A stretch of DNA of 64,000 bases. Source: Reclinomonas americana ATCC 50394 (lineage: Eukaryota). The stretch spans positions 1-64,000 of the forward strand of contig PS015296.1 of the NCBI GenBank assembly GCA_048213135.1. Reading direction: 5' to 3'. Position 1 is the first letter of the stretch. Every line of letters begins with the position of its first letter. The notes under the pieces are model-generated. The model saw nothing but the letters and a program-made list of their open reading frames with translations, was not told the DNA's origin and ran no database searches. This document shows, piece after piece, positions 26,274-38,855 of the stretch. The position numbers were made by a program, and so were the translations under genes.

Positions 26274-28003
26274 ATGGGGTGCTGTGCATCAAAGGCCTCG
26301 GTCACTGGCAAGAGACCTGCCGCAGTGCAGATCGAGCAGGGCGCGGAACCGGCGTTGCTGCGCGGTCGTGCGCTGCTGGACACGCCACCCAATGAGCGTT
26401 GCGTTGATCGCTCACTGTCGTTGCCTCTCTCAGTCGCTCACTGTCTCGTGTGTACGCGCGCGCGCGCAGGGACAACGGCACGAGCGCTGGACTTTGACGC
26501 ATCGCCGCAGCCGTTGAGGCCACCGTTGGCATCGCATCGCGAGCTGGTCGTTGCGCAGCCGATCCGACCCGCGGAGAGCGATCGTGACAGCGATCGGCCG
26601 CATGAGCGACAGCCGTGTCCAGTGCCCGTGGGCGGCTACGTGGCGAATGAGTGGGGCGAGGAGATCCTCGTGGAGCTGCTGCCGATGCTGGTGGTGCCGG
26701 AGGCCGAGGAGGCGCACGCGGCGTTTGATGTGCGCGTGGAGCCGCGAGACCTTGGCGATCAGGCGATTGATCAGCTGCGGCGGTGCCAGGTGCAGCAGGA
26801 GCAGGAGCTGCAGAGGAGATTTGAGACGCTGCAGGGGCAGTATGAGCATCTGCGCCAGCTGTATGAGGAGTATGAGATGTTTAAGCCGGAGGTGGAGCTG
26901 GCGTCGCCGAATGCGCCGACGTATGAGAGCAACGTGGCGCGTTTGCAGTACTTGTATGAGCGGTATCAGGAGCAGCATCAAATGTTGCGCATCTCTCCAC
27001 TCGTATCTCTCTCCTCGTCGCACGCTCATCACATTCGGCGATTGTTAGATATCACATGGATCAGCGAGACATGGAGCAGCTGCAGGCGTCGTATCACGAG
27101 TTCCGCGCGGATGTGGAGCGGAGAGCGGCCGAGCAGCGGGCGTACAAGCGACAGCTGATGGAGGTGTTGCGAACGGAGCGTGAGCAGCAGGAGTTGGATC
27201 CGCAGCAGCATGCGTCGTCGCAGCAGCGACGGCCGTCGGTGGTGCGTCGACGAGCCATGTCGCCGACCATGAACACCGATCGTGGTGTGGTGCCGTCGCC
27301 CGTGTCGTTCCGCACCACCAGTGCCATGCGCAGCGCGCCACCACCCTCGTCCTCGTCGCCGACGGGCGCCGAAGTAGATGCGGTCGGATTGGACGATGTG
27401 CAGCTGGATGGCTCGTTCTTCCGCTCGCCAGTGGCAGGGGCGGCACCTGGCAGCTACGGCGGCAGCGGCAGTGGCAGCGGCAGTGGCGCACAGGCGGCTG
27501 GCAGTCAGCCAGGCATGTCGCGCGATCTGGCGGCCCTGGTGGTGCCGACGGCGGCCGCCAAGCTGAAACGCTTGCCACCGAAACCCGAAGGCCGGCCGCC
27601 GCTCTCACCGTACCAACCGAGCCCGCAGGCGACAGAGGAGCGCACACGACAAGTAGTGTCTCCCACCTCGGTGTGGGACGGATCGCCGCCACGGCAGCCG
27701 ACACCACCCACCGGACTCGACGCCGACGACACGAAGAACACGCCGACCATGCTGGCCGTCGATCTTCGTCTGCTGCGTGGCCTCGCGCAGCCGCATCGAG
27801 ACCCCGTCATTCGCGTTTACATTAGTTCCACGGAGCACGTTGAGGTGAGGCGGGAGCGATTGATCGCCCTTTTTTTCATTCGCTGACGCTGATCCGCGCA
27901 GGTCCGGCTCCGCTCCACGACTTCGTCGCCTGTCCATTATCATCTCCCGTCCACTGTTATTCAAGCTGTGGCTGCCACTGCAGCGACACATGAGGACAAG
28001 TAA
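26274..28003 (+). CDS. Hypothetical N-myristoylated/palmitoylated coiled-coil protein, 4 exons
   Basis: Starts MGCCASK (G2 + Cys dual acylation signal); E/Q-rich coiled coil; frame switch resolved by intron 26984-27048; ends ..THEDK* at 28001-28003. Confidence 0.65.
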
Positions 28004-28087
28004 TGAACTCCGCATGCCTCGTTCTTTAACAACGAAACCAAAGTTGTCCTTTGATCCCGCACCCTCTCTTCTACGTATCGATCTTCA

Positions 28088-29162
28088 ATGACGAGCACAC
28101 CTCGCTACCTGGCACTGGTGCGCGACCTGCCCGACTCCTTCGCCTCGGCATGCCTCAAGGCACCCGAGTACGCCGACAGCGGCGACTTGGACTTGGCGCT
28201 GGCACGCGAGCAGCACTCCGCGTACGAGAAGGCACTGCGCACACGACTGCCAGCGGCGCACGAGCTGGAGATGATTGCATTGCCGGCCGATGAAGCCTTC
28301 CCCGACTGCGTGTTTGTGGAGGACGCCGTGGTGGCGGTGGGACCACGCCTGCTCTTTGCGTGTCGCAGTGGAGCGCCCTCACGACAAGGCGAGTCGCATG
28401 CGGTGATGGAGGCACTGTGTACGCGCCTGCAGCCGACACACTCGGTCGTGGTGTCGCGCTGCGAGGAGCCAGGCACCATGGATGGTGGCGATGTGATGCA
28501 GGTGACTCTGGAGCCTGCGCATTGGCGGCACGCAGAGGGGAGCGATGAGCAGCGACCGTGGCGAACGTGGATCTTTGTGGGTCTTTCGGAGCGCACCAAC
28601 GAGGCCGGTTTCGCGCAACTGCAGCACGCTGTGGCCGACGCCTTTCGTGATCCCACGGCCGAGTCAGCCGCGGCGCATGTCAGTGTGCTGGCGGTGCACA
28701 ATGGCAGCGACTCGTTCTTGCATCTCAAGTCGGCGGTGACGTATGCCGGTCCCGAGGTCGGTTTCGTGGTGGCCTCGTGCGAGGAGTCGCAGGCGGTGTT
28801 CCGTGCCATGAAGCGGGCAGTGGAGGTGTCGGGCGACGCGGTTCCCGCTGGCTTCTGGAAGCACGTCGAGGTGCCGGATTTGACGGCCACGAATGGTTTG
28901 TTGTTGCAGAGAAGGCAAAGGGTTTACCCTTCGTTGTGTACTCACACGTGTTTCCTTTTCCCCCTCCTCGGCAGTCGTGCGCATCGGCAACGTGGTGTTC
29001 TTCCACGAGAACTTCCCGGCGTCGGCCGCGATTTTGGAAAAGGCAGTGCGCGACGCTGGACTCGAACCGTGCGCCCTGAACCACTCCGAGATGAACAAGG
29101 CCAACGCCGCACTCACCTGCTCCTCGGTGGTCATCGACTTGCAGTACGGTCGGCGACTGTAA
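28088..29162 (+). CDS. DDAH: Dimethylarginine dimethylaminohydrolase (amidinotransferase superfamily), 2 exons
   Basis: PDCVFVED, DGGDV, GLSERTN, HLKS and C-terminal LTCSS catalytic Cys motif. Confidence 0.85.
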
Positions 29163-29290
29163 AAACACTCCCGACGATTTTTTTTTGACCTTCATTCCAC
29201 ACACACAGTCTTCCTCTCGCCATGCACATACACACACGCACGCACTCACGCACGTGTGCTTTCGTTGTTCTCATCGCGCCCATCGCTGGT

Positions 29291-30664
29291 TCAGAGGAAT
29301 GGCAGTCTGTCGCCCGGCAGCATGTCCTCCTCGATGCCGTTCTCATCAATGATGGTGGTGCGCACCACGCCGCCCGACGATCCGTCGCGGCTCATGGCCA
29401 GCGAGAGTGCTGTCAAGTGTGAGAAGAGTGAGTGAGTGGCGAGAAGCGTGGTGGGGTGGCGCCCGAGTGACAAACCCTGCTGCACAAAGTCCTTGGCTTC
29501 TTGCCGTGACATGCTGGGGCGGAAGTTGGCATCGCAGAAACCGTAGATGTACGAGGAACCGGAGCCGCCAATGGAGAAGGGTTGACGGACGAGCGAGCCG
29601 CCGAGGTTGATTGACCACACCGAACCACCGTCGTACTTGTCCCAGCCGGCGCAAATGATGCCAGCCATCAGCTGGTCCTTGTACTTGTAGCAAAAGCCCT
29701 GGCCAGAGACGAGGTGAGACAGAGCGGGGAGGTAAAGAACAGGAAGCAAAAGCGTTACCTGGAAGAGCGCAGCAGCCTCCTTGACACGCGGCTCCTCACG
29801 CAGTTCCATCCTGCATGCCACAACGCCGTGAGCAACTTACACATCACACCCATGCATACATGACCTCCGCAACTTGTGCATCGACAACTGCAGTCGTACA
29901 ATGTCAGAGATGGCTTGCGTGTCGGCGGCCGAGCCCGAGCGGCAGCAGTAGATGCTCTTGGCGACCGGCGTGATCTGCACACATTACAGTGAGCGACTGC
30001 TCGGTGGAGAAACACAGTATATGTAGAGGGGCGAACCTTGCGCGACACGCGGTTGGCCACATAGGTGCCTGTCGGTCACAGTGAGTAACGAGCGAATGGT
30101 GGAATGCGCAGTCAGAGAGTGAGTGTACCTGTTGATGTTCGCGAGTCGGCGCCCATCACCACACCACCGTCAAACTCCACCGCCATAATGGACGTCTGTG
30201 TGCAGAGAGAGAGAGAAGAGAGAAGAGAGTGAGTGGCCAATGAGAAGAATCGTCGCATACAACCAATTTGCACTCTCTCTCAAGTCTCTTGTCTCTTGTC
30301 TCTCTCTCACGCACACACGCAAAGGAGGAGACTGCTCACGGTGTGCACAGACAGTGAGTGGCACAGACATGCACACACACGCGCGCTTGAGTGAACAAGG
30401 AGGGATTCGCGCCATGCCCAACCTCACACACACACTCTCTTGTCTTTGCACACTAGATGTGTGTGTCTCTGACGCAACTCCCATGGAATGCGGCTTGCTC
30501 CACTCATGATCGAGATCGTCGAGGGTGAGCTGCGAGGGTGTGTCGACCATGCCCGCCATCTTTTGCGCGGCAATCGAGGCCGATGGACCTGTCGAAGCGG
30601 TGGCCAGTGCGGCGCCGATCTCGCGGTCGCGGCGAGGACGCATCAGCGGATCCGTGAACTCCAT
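29291..30664 (-). CDS. PSMB6: 20S proteasome subunit beta1 (PSMB6/PRE3), 7 exons
   Basis: Propeptide ..HSMG|TSIMAVEFDGGVVMGADSRTST|GTYVANRV..CCRSGSAADTQ..GGSGSSYIYG..RDGSSGG. Confidence 0.95.
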
Positions 30665-31462
30665 TTGTGTCTCAGTGGTTGACAAGAGATTGGCGGCTGG
30701 ACAACTCGAGAAGGACAAGTGGGAGAAACGAAGGCAATGCCGTGCGCTGTGCTGGTGTGGATAGTGTGCGCTGTAGTTGGAGGCGCGCGGTTCACCGTTT
30801 GCTTTTGTTGGGCGTGCAGCGCGGGGTCTGCTTTGATCAACGTCGACGTCGCGATGTTGCAGTTCTCCTCCTCATCGCAGGTGGATGCAGACACGTACAT
30901 GCGTGACCTCGCTACTGCAATGTACTGAAGCCGAGGCAGCAAGCAGGAGACAGCTGCGTTGCATCTCATCGACGTCGACTGCAGAATGCGACGTTGCACC
31001 TGCAGTGGCCTTTTGCAAGCCGCGCAGCAGCACGATTGCTTGCTCAACACAAGGCGCTCTCACTAACGATCATGCAACTCGCAGCTTCCTGTCATTATCA
31101 GCTGTAGGACAACTCTCAACTCATCATGCGACTCATTGCGCGATGCATGCGTGCGTTCAGCACAGTGCCAACGGCCTACACGCCCGCAGCTCGTTGTGTC
31201 CCTCGCCTTCCTCTCACCTCACCCTCCTCTCTCTCTGACACGTCAACGCAGCTTTCCCATGGGTCTTTGAGACGCAACGACTGACTGTGCGAGTCACCAC
31301 CGATGCACCTGCAGCTCCGCCCTCGAGCTCCGACGCGATCGAGTCGCACGTGAAGACGGAGAAATCGTGGCCGGTGCCAGTTGCGATGCATTCATTGATG
31401 AATGGAAGCAGCGATCGGGCGCCTAACTGACTCCGCGCGCGTAGATCGGTCGCCTATCGCTC

Positions 31463-33383
31463 ATGCAACCGTCGGCTGAGCCTCGCGACGTGTTTGCCGC
31501 GGTGAGTGCACGCGCGCCCGCGGCCTCCGATAAGGAGAAAGAGTCCAAGGTGACTGCGGAGGCTGCACGGCGATTGGCGCATGCGCTGGTGTCGCGGACG
31601 AGAGCGTTGAAGGCGACCGCGCTGCATGTGCAACTGCCGGCGGAGATGGCGCAGAATGAGGCTGCCTTTGCGGGCTTTGTTGAGGTATATTGTTGTTGCT
31701 CTTGTTGCTGCTGTCGACGCCAGTGAGTTGATGCCGTGCGATATGCAGAGTGCCGTGTTGTCCAACTGGAGTTTTGAGAGACACAAGGTCTGCTCTCTCC
31801 CTCTCTCTGTGTTCATTGTGGCTGACGTTTATCTGCACAGACCAAGCCCGACGCGCAGCCGACGTACGTCAACAATGTGAATGTGAGTGTGCCGTCGAGC
31901 GTGGACCAGGCGCGCTTGCAGCATATCGTGCAGGTCAGTGTGCTTCCTCCCGTCTGCGATCGCGCACAAGCACACTCTTATCGGTGTTGACTGCCAGGAA
32001 GCATCGGTGATCGCCGAAGGAACCTTGGTGGCGCGGGCGGCTGCAGTTGCGTGTGTAATGCACCCTTGGGAAAGACGACAACTCGCTCACTCAACTCCCC
32101 TGCAGAATGAGCGTGCCGACGTGGCGACTCCCGAGTGGTTTGAGAATGCGGCGCGCGATCTCGTCGCACACTTCCCGCAGGAGCTTTCTGTGCGAGTGGT
32201 CAGCGCCGACGAGCTGGCCAGCATGGGAGCCAATCTCATCCTGGCTGTGGGTCAGGTGCGGTGGCGTGAGGCCTGTGCCTCCTTTCATTCCTTTATTTTG
32301 ATGGACGGCATGTGTCGCAGGCTGCCACAGTTGCGCCGCGCATTGTCATCCTGGAGTACAAGTCGGGCGACAAGAGCGCCTCGTCCAGCAGCGAGCCACC
32401 ACTGTGCTTCATTGGCAAGGTACGCGCGCGAATGTGGTAATGGCCTCTCTCGGCATCGGTGGCGACTGACTCTGTCTTTGAGTAGGGCATCACCTTTGAC
32501 ACTGGCGGCCTCAACCTGAAGGTGTGTTTGCCTCTAATGCCAAACCCCTCTCCTGCTCCCTCTCTCATGTGGTGCGCGCAGCCGACCGGCTCCATGGAGA
32601 CCATGTACCTCGACTGCGGCGGTGCGTCGGCCGTGCTCGGCACCATGTATGCGCTGGCCAAGTTGCGACCACAGTTGAAGACACCGATCATCGGCGCCAT
32701 GGCACTGGCCGAGAACGCCATTGACGCACGCTCGTACAAGCCGCACACCATTCTCCACTCGCTGAAGGGGCTCACTGTTGAAGTCGGCAACACCGACGCC
32801 GAAGGTTAGTTTTTTCTCGTCGCAGTGTTGACTGTCGTGATTCTCAACTCGTGCACAGGCCGCCTGTGTCTGGCGGACACCATGACACTCCTGCAGCGCG
32901 ACTACAAACCCAAGGAGCTGGTGGAAATGTCGACACTCACCGGCGCCTGTGTGGTGGCCCTCGGCGACCAGACGGCCGGCCTGTTCGCGAACAACGATCA
33001 GTTGGTGAGCAGTTTGCAGGCCGCCTCCGAGGCCAGTGGCGAGGCGGTGTGGAGGCTGCCCATTATGCGCGGTCACCGCGAGGAGATCACGCGTCACGAC
33101 AACTGTGACCTGAACTCCACGGGCAAGTCGCGCTTCGGAGGCGCCTCCACCGCTGCCGCGTTCCTCGAATGCTTTGTCGACGAGGGTGTTCGATGGGCGC
33201 ACATTGACATTGCCGGTGAGTGGCGAGCGGCACGAGTGAGATGTTTTCCATGGCTGACTTGTGTGTGCGTGGACAGGACCGGCCATGGCCTCGGCACCGC
33301 AGGCGTGGATCCCCAAGAACGGCACCGGGTTCGGCGTGCACCTGATGATGCGCTACCTGCTGAACGAGCATCGACAGGCGTAA
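31463..33383 (+). CDS. M17 leucyl aminopeptidase, multi-exon
   Basis: GKGITFDTGGLNLK, MxxDCGGA, AENAI, VEVGNTDAEGRL, TLTGA, WRLP, WAHIDIAG, GTGFGV. Confidence 0.92.
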
Positions 33384-33463
33384 GCGGGGAACATTTTCTT
33401 CTCGCATGCGTGCATTTTTTTCTTTTTTCGCCTGTCACACAACACAACAACAACAAAAAACGA

Positions 33464-35211
33464 TTAGTCCTCGTCCTCCTCTTCTTCCTCGTCGTCGCTT
33501 CCCTTGCGGTGCCGTGGTGCCACTCCCTCGTGTGCAAACAGTTCCTCGCGTGACATCATGTCGCGATCCATCTCCGCGGCGCTGCCTCGCAGCTTATCGT
33601 ACCTGCACGTCACGAGGGGGATGAGATGCAAGCGGAGGGAGAGAGAAAGGGAGGAGAGGTGAAGGCGGGAAGACGAACCAGGCATCCGAGTCGTCCCACA
33701 CTGCGCACAGCAGACAAGTTAGCACGAGGTACCAAAGCACGCGTGCGTATTGCCGACGGTGGCGATCTGTGTCATTGCAGTACTATGTGCCTCGCAGTGC
33801 ACGATCCGTGTGGCGCAGGCTTGCAATCACTGTGCGCCTCGTGGGAACATGTGTGCCTTGCAGTACGAGTCCCTGTGCGAGCTGACTCTGTGTGACTGGC
33901 CTGCCATCTCTCGTACAACTTAAGTGTGTCAAAGGGAGTCCATGCATCAAGGAAGTCGTTGTCTAGCTTCGTGTCTCAATATGCTCAAGCTGACTACGGA
34001 GAATGCTGTGCCTCTTAGACAGTTCTATTGTGCTGAACAACCTAACTGTGTCCCTGCATCGAGACAGTCGTTTCAGTGTGTCTCAATATGCTTAAGCTGC
34101 CTACGTAGAATGCTGTGCCTGCGTCTCCCCTCGGTCATCACAGACAGTTCTATCGTGCTGCACAACCTAACCGTGTCGAATAGCAGTCCTTGCAGTGCAT
34201 GAGCACAGTAGAGATCTTTCTGCGAGGCTCATGCATGCTGCAAAGCTAACCGTGACGAATGGAAGTGCCTTGCAGTGCATGTATCGAGGACTTGCAACTT
34301 GCGCAAGCTAACCGTGGCGAATGCTGTGCCTGCGTCTTCCGTCGTGCATTCACTGACCATCCAATAGTGCAGCGCAACCGAGTGGAGTGCTTTTTCTGCA
34401 TGTCTCAACCTGCTACGAAGAGAATACTGCACTTGCAAGCTTTCTGTGTCTTCGTGCACTACAGACAAGTCTATCGTGCAGCATATGAATCGAGGAGCTC
34501 GCTGTCTTGCAACCCGCACATGCTGCCTGTAGGGAATGACAGTTCTATAATGCAGCACAACCAATCAGTGTCGAGCAGAGTGCTCTTCACGCTGCACATG
34601 TTGACTGCAGAGAACGCTGTGCCTGCTTCTTCCTTCGTGCACCACAGACAGGTCTATAGTGCAGCACAACCAAGTAGAGTCCTCTTTCTGCATGCCTCAC
34701 GGACAGTTCAACCTTGCTGCATGTCTCGCCCCTTTAGCGCCCTGACTTCTCTTCCTCCCTCCTCCCCTCTCCTCTCCCTCTCTCCTGTCTCCCACACACA
34801 CACCTGCTCTTCCCGAGGTCAACGATCCCTGCGTCAACGGCTTCGCCACCGACACCTTGATCACCTTGCCAAACAGCTCCGACAAGTGCATGTTCTCCAA
34901 CGCCGACGCCGCATCATCGGCCAACTCAAACGTGACGAAGGCAAATCCACGATTGGCCTCTAACAAGCACAAACAAGCACAAAGGCACAATGAGCACACA
35001 AGCCTCTCACTCTCTGAAAGCATTGCATCTCATCTCATCTCATCTCTCTCTTCTCATCTCTCTCTCTCTCTCTCACACACACACAACTGCTGGTGTTATC
35101 CACTGGGATCTCCACAGACGCCACATCGCCAAAAGGCACAAAGGCCGCCAACAAGTCTTTTGGTGTCACCTCATCGGCAAGCCCACCTGTGCAACACAGT
35201 GTGAGAGATCG

Positions 35212-35247
<36 letters not shown>

Positions 35248-35294
35248 ACACACACACACACACCAATGTACAACGTGCGCTTATGCACAGACAT
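33464..35294 (-). CDS. PPIE/Cyp33-type RRM protein without a cyclophilin domain, 5 exons
   Basis: [69 protein letters not shown]; ends in an acidic tail. Confidence 0.8.
33900..34720. repeat. Degenerate ~110-120 bp tandem repeat inside a ~1.1 kb intron
   Basis: Recurring gaatgctgtgcct..cacagaca.ttctat.gtgc.gcacaacc.a.c.gtgtcga blocks. Confidence 0.65.
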
Positions 35295-35351
35295 TGTGAC
35301 AACGAAGAACGCGTGTCCTGCATGACTCCTTCTTATCTCCTCGTTACGTGA

Positions 35352-36310
35352 ATGCGCACTGCTCTTCTCCTCTGTGCTGCACTGTTGTGCACACTGACCG
35401 CATGCCTCTCTGTGCACGGAGGCGAGCAAAAGTGCTATCATGTGCCCAAGGGCGATCATTATGCGTGGCCCGCAGGTGGTTTCGATGGCTTCACTGGCGA
35501 GCTCACACGACGCATGTTTCGTCCACACGCGCACTCTCTTACCGAGTCAGTTAGTCAGTGACTCTCTCTTCCTCGCGCACGCGCACAACAGGGCAGTGGT
35601 CATGGATCCCAATACGGTGCAGTACCTCATCACAAACTCGACATCGACCGAGTCAACGCGTTGTCAGTCGAGCTGGAACAAGCTGTGGGGTACTGTGTAT
35701 ACACAAACCTACACTTAAGTTCCTCTCTTTGTAATTGACTGGAGGAATGGCAGGGGAAAGCCGCTGCGGGTACCTGCATTTGCATCACGAGGACTCGGAC
35801 CGATTCGTGTGGCGACGGCACTGGTCGTGCATTCGGGTCGTTAATGGGCAAGTGGTGGGCGTGGTGCCGAACTGCCCGTACGCGGATCAGGTGCAGATTG
35901 CGGCGTATGCGTACGATGGAGGCGTCGAGCCGATTCATGATCCGACGCGCCTGCTGAAGGAGTTTACGACCACAATGACGGTTTCGTTGACGCATGCACA
36001 GGGAGAGCGTGGAGTGAGGGCGACTGACATGTGTGCGTCGCGCAGGTGGGCAAGACGTACATTCAGCAGATCGATCTGAAACCCACGGCCACCGTCTACA
36101 CGTTGATGGATGAGCAGGGACGCACGCTGGAGGTGAGTCTTCTCCTGCCTGTTTCCTCCTTTTCCTCACTGCTCACCGCCTGCACAGACGCAAACCGTGG
36201 AGCATCGTCAGTGCGACGAGTTCAATCACGGATACAAGCTCGGTCTGTACTTTGGCGGAGTGTGCGATGCGCCGTCGGAGGTCTCCGTGTGTTACGACGA
36301 GATCGTGTAA
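35352..36310 (+). CDS. Secreted hypothetical protein, 5 exons
   Basis: Signal peptide MRTALLLCAALLCTLTACLS; motifs WNKLWG, HHEDSDRFVWR, IAAYAY, LYFGG..AP; exons join in frame. Confidence 0.7.
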
Positions 36311-36332
36311 AATTAAACAAGCTGTGTATGCA

Positions 36333-38773
36333 TTATGATTCTGTGCCGTTGTCGCGCACGAAAAAGTACAAGTACGCCAGGGGCGCGGCGTCCTCGAGTG
36401 CATGCGTGGCAGCATGCACGCGGTCCTCGTTAATCAGGACCCAACCCTGTTGCTCAAGTCGCGATAAGCACGTGGAACAACCGGGAAAAACACGCAAACA
36501 CAGATTCACACGCAACATCACCAGGCACGTGAGCGTGACACACGTAGTGTCCCGCGTCCACGTGCACACCCAGATGAGTGACAAAGGCCTCCAGACGGTA
36601 CAAGGCACGCACAGGCTCCGGCTCCGACGGTGACAAGTGCACGGCCATGGCCGTTTCCTGTGCCTGTGGCGGCAGCAGCAGCTGCTGCTGCAGCAGGACG
36701 CCATCGCCCTTGTCGGGACGACACAGTTCGTTGACGAGCCACTGCATCGCGTCATCAATCGACCCGCCTCGCGTCTCGGCCTCCGCTCTGCGTTGCGCGC
36801 TCTTGAGTGAGTGGGGAAAAGCAGCAAGCGGAAAACATGGAGCGCACACTCACCGTCGTGCCCAGGCCTCATCAAAACCAGAAGCCTGCAACGCCTGGAC
36901 CACGCGCTCGTTCACAGGAGCCTCCGCTTGCGGGAACGAAGGTAACCTGAGTTCGTCGTCCTCACCCAACATTCCGAAACCCGTCACGACGTCGTCCACC
37001 ACCCACGGCGACAGGTCGAGGGTGCGATCGGCGAGAAGCACACGTGCGGCCGACTTGACCACCGTAAAGTCCTCGTTGTAGGCGTACCGCTCGGCCAGCA
37101 CGCACAAATACTCGGGCAGCGACGAGCGCAGCAGGCGCACCTGCTCCCGCAGTGGAGTCGTCCGCTGACAGTGCGGACAGTCGAAGCGAGCGTGCGACAC
37201 GGCAGACGTGCCCTCAAACATGTGCGCAAACAGCGTACTCATGGTGACCTGCACGTCACTGTCGGCCGGCACCGGTAACTGCAATACCTCCTCGGTCTGC
37301 GGTGCGTCCATGTAGCGCACACGCTCGCAAGACATACACTGCTGTCGCTGGCGCAACCGTCCCCCACTGCCCTCACATCCACGCAAGATGTGTGGTGGCA
37401 GATTGCTGAGCACAAAATGCATAAAGTCCGCTGCATCGTTGCACTCCAGCAGCGTGTACTGATGCGACATGAGTCCCGCATAGAAAGAGAGCGGAGAGAT
37501 GGCCCGCCGTGTGTTCACACCGCCACCGAGACCGCGTCCGAGTTTCCGCAACTGACACTCCCAGTCCAGCACTGGCGAGGCAACCATCAGAGACGGCAGC
37601 CACTCTGTGTGTCTCCCCTCTCCGTCACAGTCATCATCGTCACAATCACCACCACCACCACCACCACAACCGTCATCGTCGTCGTCACCATCTTCGTCGC
37701 CGTGACCACCGGCCGCACAGTCTGTCTTGCGTCGCCGCCGTCGTCCGCGTCGAGCTGCCGCAGCAGAGTGTCGGTGGTTGGTCGAGGATGCCCGAAGACG
37801 CCTTCGGCCACGCCGTTGAGAAAGCACACCATTGCTGCCGCTGCTGCCGCCGCCGCCGCCACCTCCATTTGCCACCCCGTGCAAGCGCGGTAATGACAGG
37901 TTGCGTCGCACCGGAGGCATTATGAAGAGAGCCTGCATGACGCTGGCCATGTAACACAAGTTGCCAAACTGCCGCAAGCCGGTGTGCGTGTTGGTGGCCA
38001 GCGTGCGTGCGGCGTCGTGGTGCAACACGCGCGTCCACACCGAGTGGCGATCCTCGGGTGATTGTGGCCACTGTGAGAGCGAGGGAGCAATGAGGAGGAG
38101 AAGAAACTCAGCGAGACGCAGCATCGCAGGAGGCGCACCGGTGCCACCACCACATCGTCGAGCACCGCGTGCAGTCGCTGCCTCTGCACCGACAATTGAA
38201 TGACCAAGCGGTGCGCCGCAATCGCCACCGGTCTCAACGACTCCGTAACAGTCACCGTAGACACCACACCGCCCTCGATGCGCACCAGTTCGCCGTGCAG
38301 GCGGTCCTGCAAGGTGGCGAGAGAGGGGAGGAGACAGCTGAGCATGAGACACTGCGTCTCTCTCTCTCGCTCTCTCTCCGGCACTCAACTTCATCCGCCT
38401 TGCAGATCCGCACAAAGTACGCATCGTCGTGCCTGTCGTCGCCACACTGCCCCGTCGCCTGGATGAACGCCAGCCACCGACTCGCGTGCGTTTCACAGAA
38501 CCAAAAGTCGGCGTGGGCAATGCACACAAACAGCCCGCGTTCGTCCTTAACAAGAAGAGATGAGCAGCGGTGTTGTGTTTGCACGCATCTCTCTCTCGGC
38601 GTGCGTGCGTGTGTGCTGCCTCTCACGCGCGTTGACTTTGATGCTGCTGCACAAACTGATGCACCACTACAAACACTCACCTCATCAGGCGACCCATCAA
38701 AGCACACACAGCACTCAAGAGGCGCAGGCAGTCGCTGCTGCTGTTGCTCCTGCTGCTGCTCCCCACCACTCAT
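36333..38773 (-). CDS. USP5/USP13 (Ubp14)-like ubiquitin-specific protease, divergent
   Basis: nUBP-like ECCVCFDGSP..GLFVC; Cys box GLRQFGNLCYMASVMQAL; UBA-like VQALQASGFDEAWARR..DAMQWL; His box FVTHLG..AGHYVCH; AYLYFF. Confidence 0.8.
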
Positions 38774-38855
38774 CTCTCGCAGCAGCACAGCACGAAAATT
38801 GGTGTGACTTTGCCGCGCTTTCGTTTCTCAATCACTTTTTATCTCCGAGAGCGAC

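Noticed and set aside
30040-30060. Proteasome beta1 reads NRVSRK rather than the usual NRVTDK
   Set aside because: Thr1, Asp17, Lys33 and Arg45 equivalents are intact; minor divergence
30473-30478. Alternative reading of the GTTGCG junctions as non-canonical TT-donor introns (cut one base later)
   Set aside because: At PSMB6 this would turn catalytic Thr1 into Ala and require non-AG acceptors; GT-AG fits all cases
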